64,000 bases of DNA, from NCBI GenBank assembly GCA_965223325.1, contig CBDCWI010000002.1, positions 768,001-832,000 on the forward strand. Direction: 5' to 3'. The stretch comes from Candidatus Multivoradales bacterium. Lineage in GTDB: Bacteria > Acidobacteriota > Thermoanaerobaculia > Multivoradales > Multivoraceae. This document shows, piece by piece, positions 55,945 to 64,000 of this stretch. The notes under the pieces are model-generated. The model ran no database searches. It was not told the origin of the DNA and worked only from the letters and a program-made list of their open reading frames with translations. The position numbers were made by a program, and so were the translations under genes. Each line of letters begins with the position of its first letter. The stretch's first letter is position 1.

Positions 55945-58584
55945 ATGATCTCTGCGCTCGACCGTCGCTCCTTCTTTACCCCACTCTTCGCCGCTCTCGC
56001 TCTCCTCGCCTCCGGCTCGGCCGCTGCGCAGGTGGCCGAGACGCAGGCGGTGAATGAGCAGCGCGCCGGCTCAAGCCAGCTCGAACGCCCGGGCGGGGTG
56101 GTCTCGAGCGCCCTGCAATGGACTGATTCCAACGCACCGCCCAACGGAGTCTGGCTGGTGACGCTCCAGGACCCGGGTCTGGCGCGCTACGACGGCTCGT
56201 TGCCCGACATGCCGATGGCGACGCGGCGCGCGCGAACCGACGGTTCGGGCACCAAGATCGACGCGCGCTCCTGGCAGAGCCGAGCCTACCTGGACCATCT
56301 CGAGTCGCGGCAGCGCGAGGACCTCGAGACCATTTCCTACGCGCTCGGCCGAGAGGTCGAACCGATCGTGCGCCACCAGGTGCTGCGAAGCGCTGTGGCT
56401 GTGCTCATGACTGCTGAAGAAGCCCAGGCCGTCGAACGACTGAGCAACGTAGCGTCGGTCACTCCGGACCGCTTGTACCCGCTGACCAGTGACGCTTCGG
56501 CCGACTGGATCGGCGCCCCCGCCGTCTGGGACGGCACGCAGACCGCCGACCAGGGTGAGACCCTGGGCGAGGGAGTCATCATCGGCGTTATCGACTCCGG
56601 CATCGATCCCGATCATGAAGCTTTCTCGGACTTGCCTGACGACGAGCACACCTATACCAACCCATTCGGCCCCGGCAACTATGTCGGTGAGTGCGACGGC
56701 GAGTCGCCTGAGTTCCCCTGCAACGCCAAGCTGATCGGTGCCTGGGACTTCATCGACGCGCTGGCGGGTACCAACCCCGACACGATGGAGCCCTGTGAGG
56801 ATGACGGTGCCTACGACGACGAGGGTCACGGTACCCACGTCGCCTCGATCGCCGCCGGCAACCGCGTCAACTGGCCCGCGAGCTCTGGGATCGCGCCGCA
56901 CGCCAACCTGATCAGCTACGACGTCTGTTTCTACCTGTCGCGGGTTCCTGGGTTCTGTCCGCAAGCGATGGGCAGCCCACCCTTCGGTGCCTGCTCACAG
57001 GTCGCCATCCAGTCGGCCCTCGACCAGGCGGTGCTCGACGGTGTCGACATTGTCAACATCTCGATTCAGGGTGGCGCCGATCCCTGGCATGCGAACTCGA
57101 TCGACGGCTACGCCCTCGACGCGCTCGAGGCAGGCATTCTGGTCGTGTCGACGGCCGGTAACCAGGAGACCGAGGGCACCGTCACTCACCTCGGCCCCTG
57201 GGTGTTGACGGCCGCCGCGACCACGCACGACCGCATCTCCTACCCAGCCACCCTCACCCTTTCGGGAGGCGACGTGATGCCGCCCGGCCCAACCTTCGAG
57301 GGCACCAGCCTGTCGGCGACAGGGCTGCCGGCAGCCACTCCGATCGTCTGGGCTGGCTCCCATGAAGCCGACCTCGAAGAAGCCCCCGAGTTCTCCTACT
57401 CTGCCGAACGCTGCCTCCAACCGTTCTCCAGCGGAAGCTTGACCGGAAAGGTCGTCGTCTGCACGTTCTTCGGTCGGCCCGACCGCCCCTACACTCAGGT
57501 CCTCAAGGCACAAAACGTCGCCGCCGGCGGCGCGGTGGGCATGATCGTCCTTGGTAACCCTGGTCTTCCGAGCGAACTCCAGGCCGCCTGGCCACACCCC
57601 ATTCCGACCTTCCAGGTGACCGGCGGAGACAATTCCGCGATCGAGCTCTGGGTCACCGAGAACGAAGGTGGCACCGACGAGCTCGCAACCATCGCCCTCG
57701 GCACGCGCGAGAACGACAGTGACGAGGGCGATCTCTTGTGGTTCAAGACCTCCCGTGGACCGACCGACTACGACCTCCTCAAGCCCGACGTTGCAGCGCC
57801 CGGCTACAACATTTTCGGCGCTGAGGGCGGCTACTACAGCCCTGGCTACAACGGTTCGGCGTACATCTATCGCAGTGGCACCTCCATGGCGGCACCTCAG
57901 CTGGCCGGCACGGCGGCGCTGGTCAAGGCGCTGCATCCGTCCTGGACTCCTTCGGAGATCAAGTCGGCCATCACCACCACCGCTCACAGCGCAGTCCTCG
58001 ACGAAACCGGTACGGCTTCCGCCACACCCTGGGACGTCGGCAGCGGACGGGTCGACGCCGCCGCGGCGACTCGCGCCGGTCTGGTCTTTCCCGAGACGCG
58101 GACCAACTACGAGAACGCCGATCCTGGCAACGGCGGCGACCCGGCGACTCTCAACGTGCCCTCACTCGCCAAGGTCGACTGCCCGGGCACCTGCCAGTGG
58201 ACGAGAACGGTGAGGAATACGCGCAACGTGACGACTTCCTGGCGGGCCACCAAGACCGGTCCAGCAGGCTTCCTGATCGATGTCAGCCCGAGCAGCTTCA
58301 GTCTGGCGCCGGGCGCCTCGCAGGTGATCACCATCACCATTCTCAACCTCGACGCCTCCCTGATTCCGGCGCGCCGTGGCACGGCTCCTCCGGCAGCTGA
58401 GGACTACCAGTTCGGAACCATCGAGCTGGCCAACGATGACGACGACCCGGACCTGCCGACGGTTCGCATTCCCTACGCGGTCACCGTGACCGATGTCGCC
58501 TGGGAGCCGCTGTTTAGTGATGCGTTCGAGAGCAACGACGTTTGCGCCTGGTCGCGCGCGGTGGGCGGGGTCTGCTCGAACTGA
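55945..58584 (+). CDS. S8 subtilisin-like serine peptidase (I9 propeptide, PA, Fn3-like domains)
   Basis: GVIDSGI, GHGTHVASIAAG, KPDVAAPG, SGTSMAAP, HPSWTPSEIKSA; C-terminal LFSDAFESND. Confidence 0.95.
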   Translation: MISALDRRSFFTPLFAALALLASGSAAAQVAETQAVNEQRAGSSQLERPGGVVSSALQWTDSNAPPNGVWLVTLQDPGLARYDGSLPDMPMATRRARTDGSGTKIDARSWQSRAYLDHLESRQREDLETISYALGREVEPIVRHQVLRSAVAVLMTAEEAQAVERLSNVASVTPDRLYPLTSDASADWIGAPAVWDGTQTADQGETLGEGVIIGVIDSGIDPDHEAFSDLPDDEHTYTNPFGPGNYVGECDGESPEFPCNAKLIGAWDFIDALAGTNPDTMEPCEDDGAYDDEGHGTHVASIAAGNRVNWPASSGIAPHANLISYDVCFYLSRVPGFCPQAMGSPPFGACSQVAIQSALDQAVLDGVDIVNISIQGGADPWHANSIDGYALDALEAGILVVSTAGNQETEGTVTHLGPWVLTAAATTHDRISYPATLTLSGGDVMPPGPTFEGTSLSATGLPAATPIVWAGSHEADLEEAPEFSYSAERCLQPFSSGSLTGKVVVCTFFGRPDRPYTQVLKAQNVAAGGAVGMIVLGNPGLPSELQAAWPHPIPTFQVTGGDNSAIELWVTENEGGTDELATIALGTRENDSDEGDLLWFKTSRGPTDYDLLKPDVAAPGYNIFGAEGGYYSPGYNGSAYIYRSGTSMAAPQLAGTAALVKALHPSWTPSEIKSAITTTAHSAVLDETGTASATPWDVGSGRVDAAAATRAGLVFPETRTNYENADPGNGGDPATLNVPSLAKVDCPGTCQWTRTVRNTRNVTTSWRATKTGPAGFLIDVSPSSFSLAPGASQVITITILNLDASLIPARRGTAPPAAEDYQFGTIELANDDDDPDLPTVRIPYAVTVTDVAWEPLFSDAFESNDVCAWSRAVGGVCSN

Positions 58585-58669
58585 CTGCCTGTCGGGGGCA
58601 GAAGAGCTCGGGACGGTGACATCATGACGGCGCACGAAGCAGAAAGACCGCCGCCTCGTGCGTCTTTTG

Positions 58670-60958
58670 ATGAAAACCTCCTCTGGCCATCTCACGGCTC
58701 CCGCACTCGCTCTCGCCCTCGTCGTCTCGGCCTGCGCGCCGGGTGACCCGAGCGATTCGCGACCACCACTCCCCCTGGCACTCGAATTCTCATGGGCAGA
58801 CACCGCCCGTGAGCAGGCACTGATTGACTTCGGCACGGTAGAGGCCCAGAGTGCCGTGATCGAGGGCTTCGACCCACGCCTCGACTCCCGCCAGGGCAAC
58901 TCATCCGGCGTGACCTGGCAGTGGAGTCGCGGCGACCGCTCGGAGGTCGAGTTCTTTCTCGCCGGAATCGATGGACAAAACCTCGAACTGCGTGCCGCCG
59001 CCCTCGAGGTCCCGGAAGCTGCCGGCCTTGGCCCGCAGGCCGTCTCGCTCACGCTCAACGAACAGGCTCTCGGTGACCTGGTCATCGGGCCCACACCAGC
59101 GGTCCACCGAATCGATCTGCCGCCGGGAGTCTTACGGGTCGGCGCCAACCGCCTGGCCCTTCGCTACGCCTGGGCTGTCCGCCCGCGCGACATCGGCATC
59201 GGGCGCGACAGCCGCCGCCTGGCGGTGCGCTGGGACTGGCTGTCACTGGCCGGGCCGCCAGGTGCGATCGAAACCAGCGCGGCGATGCCGGAGCAGCGCA
59301 TTGCCGTAGCGCCCACAAAAGACGAGAGGAGCCGTGCGTGGCCCGCCCTCGACCTTCCCGGTCGCACTGTGGTTGATTTCTTCCTCGACCTGGGGGCCGA
59401 ACCACGCATCATCTGGCAAGAGCTCACCAACGACTGCCCTCAACCGGTTCATCTGCAACTCAGACTGACTCGGGCCGACGGCGGCGACGACAGGCGAGAC
59501 GCGCAGGAGATCGGCGGCGGGAACCGCGACGTTCACCTGTCGATCGAAGAGACCGGGATTCATCGCCTTCGGGTCACCAACCTGGCACCACCAGGATGTA
59601 CTACGACCTGGTTCGACCCCGCGCTCTACGGGCGCGGCCCACGTCTCGAGTTGATTCCCCAGACTAGACAACAGGCCGAGGTCGAGGTCAGCGAACGACC
59701 CGATGTGTATGTCTATCTTGTCGACACCCTGCGCGCCGACCGGCTCGGCACCTACGGCCAGAGCACCCTCACACCGGCGATCGATGCGTTCGCAGAGCAG
59801 TCGATCATCTTCGACGCGGCGATTGGCACGTCGTCCTGGACCCAGCCATCGGTCGCCTCCCTGTTTACAGGAACCCCGCCGGACGATCACGGCGTTTTGC
59901 TCGTCGAAGACAAACTGCCGGAAGAAGCTCAGGTCCTCGCCGAACAGCTCCAGCTCGCGGCGTATCGCACCGCGGCACTGAGCAACAACTTCCTGATTCG
60001 TGAGTCGACCGGCTTCGACCAGGGCTTCGACGCTTTCGAGTTCGTCGGCACGGACGACCACGATGCGTTCATCGATCTCGCGATCAGCCGGTTAGAAGGG
60101 CCGCCCGACGCGAACGGCCTCGAGCCGACCTTCTTCTACGTCCATACCTCCGAGCCGCACCTGCCCTACGATCCCCCACCAGATCTTCGCGCCGAGCTCA
60201 ATATCGGAAGCGACCTCATCGTCGACGTCGCCAACCTCGACCAGCTCCACGGTCGCACTTCCGGGCCGGAGAAAGAAGCCGAAATGGCGCTGGTCCGCCA
60301 GATCTACGACGCCGAAGTGCGCGAGGCCGACCGCAACTTCGCGCGCTTCATCGCGGCGCTCGAAGACCGAGGCCGCTACGACGAAAGCCTCATCATCTTC
60401 ACCTCGGACCACGGTGAAGAATTCGAGGACCACGGCACGATTCGCCACGGTCGCAATCTCTACCGCCCGACTCTCCAGGTACCGCTGTTGATCAAGCCGC
60501 CGCGAAGCTGGTGGGAACAACACGGAGAAAAGCCACCGCTTCGAATTGCCTCGCCGGCCGGTCTGATCGATCTTTCGGCAACCATTCTCGCTGCCGCAGG
60601 CCTCGAACCGCCGCCCGAGGCCGTCGGTCGCAACCTTCTAGCCGCCGGTGCATCCGCGCGCCACAGCGGGCTCCGCTTCGCCAGCCTCTACACCATCGGG
60701 CCCCAACGCATTGCCCGCGACGACCACTGGAAGCTGCTCTGGGACGCGCGTTTCGAAAAGCCTGCCCTTCTCGACCTGCGCTCCTGGCCCGGCGAGCAGG
60801 AGCGAGTCGAGGCGCAGTACCCGTTGCGTTATCGCTTCATGAACCAGCAGTTCGAGCGCTGGCGCAAGCGCTACCCGAACCCCGAGCAGCTCGACACCGA
60901 AAAGGTCTTCGACCCGGCCACCGTCGAACGCCTGCGTGCGCTCGGGTACCTCGAGTAG
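58670..60958 (+). CDS. Sulfatase-like lipoprotein with N-terminal beta-rich domains, Thr nucleophile
   Basis: Lipobox VSAC; VDTLRAD, SSWTQPSVASLFTG, EPHLPY, TSDHGE, RHG; C-terminal LRALGYLE. Confidence 0.87.
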   Translation: MKTSSGHLTAPALALALVVSACAPGDPSDSRPPLPLALEFSWADTAREQALIDFGTVEAQSAVIEGFDPRLDSRQGNSSGVTWQWSRGDRSEVEFFLAGIDGQNLELRAAALEVPEAAGLGPQAVSLTLNEQALGDLVIGPTPAVHRIDLPPGVLRVGANRLALRYAWAVRPRDIGIGRDSRRLAVRWDWLSLAGPPGAIETSAAMPEQRIAVAPTKDERSRAWPALDLPGRTVVDFFLDLGAEPRIIWQELTNDCPQPVHLQLRLTRADGGDDRRDAQEIGGGNRDVHLSIEETGIHRLRVTNLAPPGCTTTWFDPALYGRGPRLELIPQTRQQAEVEVSERPDVYVYLVDTLRADRLGTYGQSTLTPAIDAFAEQSIIFDAAIGTSSWTQPSVASLFTGTPPDDHGVLLVEDKLPEEAQVLAEQLQLAAYRTAALSNNFLIRESTGFDQGFDAFEFVGTDDHDAFIDLAISRLEGPPDANGLEPTFFYVHTSEPHLPYDPPPDLRAELNIGSDLIVDVANLDQLHGRTSGPEKEAEMALVRQIYDAEVREADRNFARFIAALEDRGRYDESLIIFTSDHGEEFEDHGTIRHGRNLYRPTLQVPLLIKPPRSWWEQHGEKPPLRIASPAGLIDLSATILAAAGLEPPPEAVGRNLLAAGASARHSGLRFASLYTIGPQRIARDDHWKLLWDARFEKPALLDLRSWPGEQERVEAQYPLRYRFMNQQFERWRKRYPNPEQLDTEKVFDPATVERLRALGYLE

Positions 60959-60963
60959 CCGGG

Positions 60964-62634
60964 TCAAGAACTGCACGAGAGCATCGAACAGCCCGGACGG
61001 TTGCGCGCCCACTCGGGTCGCTTCACAAACCACCGCGCGGCCTCGGGCTGCTCGTCGTATGGATGCCTGAGGACCTCGAGCAACTCGTCGATGAGGAGAG
61101 AAGCAAGCGCTTCGCCCTCAGCCATCGACGCCAGTGCCTCCGTGGCGTCATCGATCGCCAACTGCGCCATGTAATTGCGCAGAACGAAACGTGGATTCGT
61201 CGCGCGCATGAGCCGCCCACGCTCCGTGTCGTTCAGCGGGTCGAGGATCGAGCGCCGCCGGTAGGCCCTGATCCAGGTCGCGAATAGGGCGTGCTCTTCA
61301 CCGGAAATCTCTTCGGGTCGATACCAGGCCTCCGCCATAGGCCGTAGCAGCTCGTCGTCACGGGCGGAAGGTTCGCCGTTATCGGCAAGTAGCGCCAGTT
61401 GCGCGAAGAAGATCGTCATGTCGGTCTCGACCGCCTGGAGTACCCTGAACAAGCCGGAAAGAAGGGCGCCGCCGTCTTCAGGTTCGCCTGGCGCGCCTTC
61501 TGGAGACTCCCCATTCTCACCGACGCGCAGCGAGGCGAGGCCGAGCTTCTTGGCCATCATGTCGTGCCAGAGAGAGTCGAACATCGGCCCGAAGCCGTCG
61601 AGGATCGCGCTCAGGCTTTCGGCATCGTCGGCCAGCGGCAACAACGCGCCCGCCAGGCGGGCGAGGTTCCATTGGGCAACCTTCGGCTGGTTGCCGAAGC
61701 AGTAGCGCCGACCGGCAGCATCGGTTGTGTTGGGCGTCCACCCTGGATCGAAGTCTTCCAGCCACCCGTACGGCCCGTAGTCGATGGTGAGGCCGAGAAT
61801 CGACATGTTGTCGGTGTTCATCACCCCGTGCACGAAGCCGACCCGCATCCAGTGGCAGATCATCTGGGCGGTGCGCTCGACGACCCGGGCGAAGACGCGC
61901 GGCACGACGCGAGCACGCGGCTCGCTTTGATCGGGCCAGAGATCGCCGAAATGAGTGCTCACCGTGTAGTCAAAGAGTTGCTCGAGTTCGCGGGTTTCAC
62001 CGAGGGCGGCATGAATCTCGAAGTTTCCAAACCGCACGAAGGTTGGCGCGACCCTGCAGACAACCGCGCCCGGCTCCTCCTGGACGTTGCCGTCGTAGAA
62101 CATGTCGCGCACTACCATCTCACCGGTGGAGACGAGACTGAGCGCTCGGGTGGTGGGCACGCCCAGGTGAAACATCGCTTCACTGCACAGGAACTCACGC
62201 AGCGAAGAACGTAGAACCGCACGCCCATCAGCGGTGCGCGAGTAGGGCGTCGGGCCCGCTCCTTTCAGCTGCAGCTCGTAGCGTTCCCTTTCGCCTCGGA
62301 CTACCTCGCCAATTGAAATCGCGCGCCCGTCCCCCAGCTGCCCGGCCCAGGTACCGAACTGATGACCGCCATAGCGAGCTGCCCAGGGTGTCGACTGCGG
62401 CGGAACGTTATTGCCAGACAGAATGTCGGTCCACAGTTTTCCTCTTACCTCTTCCTCGGAAAGGCCGAGGACAGAAGCCATCTCGCGCGAGTAGGCCAAC
62501 CCGCGCGGTCGAGCGACCGGTGTCGGACGAACCAACGAGTAGCACGCCCCCGGGACCTGACGACGCGAGTTTTCTCGCAGCGGATCTGCTGGAAGCGCAC
62601 GAACCAACGAGTTGTCGAACGACAGGGCGGCCAT
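60964..62634 (-). CDS. ydiU: Protein adenylyltransferase SelO/YdiU (Cys form)
   Basis: YGGHQFG.WAGQLGDGR, QLKGAG.TPYSR.ADGRAVLRSS.RE, HGVMNTDNMS, IDYGPY, NPRFVLRNY, C-terminal CSMLSCSS. Confidence 0.96.
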   Translation of the reverse strand: MAALSFDNSLVRALPADPLRENSRRQVPGACYSLVRPTPVARPRGLAYSREMASVLGLSEEEVRGKLWTDILSGNNVPPQSTPWAARYGGHQFGTWAGQLGDGRAISIGEVVRGERERYELQLKGAGPTPYSRTADGRAVLRSSLREFLCSEAMFHLGVPTTRALSLVSTGEMVVRDMFYDGNVQEEPGAVVCRVAPTFVRFGNFEIHAALGETRELEQLFDYTVSTHFGDLWPDQSEPRARVVPRVFARVVERTAQMICHWMRVGFVHGVMNTDNMSILGLTIDYGPYGWLEDFDPGWTPNTTDAAGRRYCFGNQPKVAQWNLARLAGALLPLADDAESLSAILDGFGPMFDSLWHDMMAKKLGLASLRVGENGESPEGAPGEPEDGGALLSGLFRVLQAVETDMTIFFAQLALLADNGEPSARDDELLRPMAEAWYRPEEISGEEHALFATWIRAYRRRSILDPLNDTERGRLMRATNPRFVLRNYMAQLAIDDATEALASMAEGEALASLLIDELLEVLRHPYDEQPEAARWFVKRPEWARNRPGCSMLSCSS

Positions 62635-62797
62635 GGCACAGTCAACGCGCCGGTGGCGCGTCCTTCTCGGGGGTGTTACTGGGTTTCCTCTTTCGCGACG
62701 AGGACTCTAGACCATCCGGCCCTCCGAAGATTGCTGTCCCCGGCTTCTTTCTGCTAACAACGGCTGCCTGCCGAACGACCGGCGCGAGGCTAGACCT

Positions 62798-63715
62798 GTG
62801 GCAGAGATACCTGAAGAGAACGTTGGAGACGCCTACGCGGACCCTCTGTACGCCGCCTCCTTCCAAGAGTCCGGCACGGCGAGGCGACTACCGCGCTGTG
62901 AGGGCTCCCTGGTCGTGCGGCCGATTCCCGGCTCGCCATCGTTTGACGCCATGGGTCCCTACCCGCTCTTTGCCTGCCGCGACTGGTCGGCGCTGGCTGG
63001 AGATCTCGACGAGCTGGGCGATCTGGTCTCGGTTGTACTGGTCACCGACCCGATGGCACACCTCGACCTGGAGCGAATGCGCCGGGACTTCGACGTCTTC
63101 CGGCCTTACAAGACCCACTACATCGTCGACCTCGATCAACACACCGAAGGGGCGATCTCGAACAGGCATCGGCGGTACTCGCACCGCGCGCTTCAGAGGC
63201 TCACCGTCGAGACCTGCCCTGTGGATGAGGCTCTCGATGAGTGGAGCGCGCTCTATGCACATCTCATCGAGCGCCACCAGATCAATGACCTGCGACGGTT
63301 CTCGAGGGCGACTTTCAAGGCACAGCTCGCGCTACCGGGAAGCGTCCTTCTGCGGGCACGTCTGGGCGAGCGCACGGTGGCAATGGACTGGTACCTCCAA
63401 ACCGAGACCACCGTCTACCGACACCTCGCGGCGCTCGCCCCCGAAGGTTACGACCACAGCGCCTCCTACGGCCTGGTTCACCGCGCCATTGACCTGTTTC
63501 GGGGTCGCAGAAAGTGGCTCGATCTCGGCGCCGGAGCGGGCACGCAAGAGAACTCCAGTGACGGCCTGACCTTCTGGAAGCGCGGCTGGACGAGAAACAC
63601 GGCCACTGCTTATCTGTGCGGCAAAGTCCTCGACCGCACCGCCTACCGCACGCTCGCCAAAGGGCCTGGCGCGACCACCTATTTCCCGGCCTACCGGGCC
63701 GGCGAGTTCGGCTGA
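62798..63715 (+). CDS. GNAT/FemAB-like acyltransferase family protein
   Basis: DAMGPYPLFAC.DW, KTHYIVDL, YRHLAA, ASYGL, LDLGAGAG, GLTFWKRGW, YFPAYR. Confidence 0.7.
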   Translation: MAEIPEENVGDAYADPLYAASFQESGTARRLPRCEGSLVVRPIPGSPSFDAMGPYPLFACRDWSALAGDLDELGDLVSVVLVTDPMAHLDLERMRRDFDVFRPYKTHYIVDLDQHTEGAISNRHRRYSHRALQRLTVETCPVDEALDEWSALYAHLIERHQINDLRRFSRATFKAQLALPGSVLLRARLGERTVAMDWYLQTETTVYRHLAALAPEGYDHSASYGLVHRAIDLFRGRRKWLDLGAGAGTQENSSDGLTFWKRGWTRNTATAYLCGKVLDRTAYRTLAKGPGATTYFPAYRAGEFG

Positions 63716-63747
63716 GTCCCCGAGCACCCGCGGGAAACGCCCAAGGA

Positions 63748-63799
63748 TTCCCAGTTTCATCCCAGTCGATCGCCCGGCAATCGCCCGGCAATCGCCGGG
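63748..63799 (+). repeat. Second copy of the leader + 11-bp repeat family (about 2.7 units)
   Basis: ttcccagtttcatcccagtcga-tcgcccggcaa-tcgcccggcaa-tcgccggg; 42/49 ungapped identity to 55741-55789. Confidence 0.85.
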
Positions 63800-63838
63800 C
63801 CGGGGGGCCGGGTGATTGCCGGGACGGCCTGCCTGGGC

Positions 63839-64000
63839 TCAGGGGCTCCGCGTCTCCTGTTCGATCGCCGCTGCCAGGGCCTCGCCGACGACCCGATGAC
63901 CAACTTCGTTCCAGTGCGGATCCCAGCGAAAGTACGGCTCCTCCCCCTCCTCGAGCGCTCTCGAGAGGGGCTCGAAGAGGGAGTTGCACGCGACGCCGGC
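63839..64000 (-). CDS. 3' end of an SGNH/AlgX-AlgJ-like hydrolase (partial)
   Basis: Not in the ORF track. Manual translation ...EEPYFRWDPHWNEVGHRVVGEALAAAIEQETRSP*, containing the DxHWNxxGH block. Confidence 0.75.
   Translation of the reverse strand, partial: AGVACNSLFEPLSRALEEGEEPYFRWDPHWNEVGHRVVGEALAAAIEQETRSP

Noticed and set aside
60964-60990. Selenocysteine readthrough of the SelO TGA
   Set aside because: The Sec-equivalent position is already Cys (SCSS); TGA follows the normal C-terminus.

Overview
High-GC, gene-dense bacterial chromosomal window with about 43 CDS, two of them cut by the window edges. The gene content (GWxTD/VWA fusion, PQQ-like propellers, many sulfatase-like and GT-C proteins, a characteristic C-terminal domain) suggests Acidobacteriota, possibly Thermoanaerobaculia; this is inference only. 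Recognisable genes include tryptophanase, RNase E/G, MscS, a fatty-acid oxidation multifunctional enzyme, Ada-AlkA plus Ogt, oligopeptidase B, M61/S10/S8 peptidases, a TetR/ABC exporter pair with visible operators, cyclophilin, amidase and SelO/YdiU. I recognised no rRNA, tRNA or CRISPR array. Most notable observations: (1) a REP-associated-type HUH tyrosine transposase bracketed by nested inverted repeats; (2) a dispersed leader + 11-bp tandem repeat family at 55.7 and 63.7 kb; (3) a structured ~290-nt candidate RNA with a sequestered 14-codon ORF downstream of rne; (4) a kinase-like + methyltransferase (NoeA-like) protein coupled to a small YLDPxTGS membrane protein; (5) Thr-nucleophile sulfatase-like proteins among GT-C, SGNH and GNAT genes; (6) a head-to-head junction of two 5'-truncated genes at about 49.44 kb; (7) distinct putative C-terminal sorting modules on secreted proteins. 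All family assignments come from motif recognition; no searches were run.
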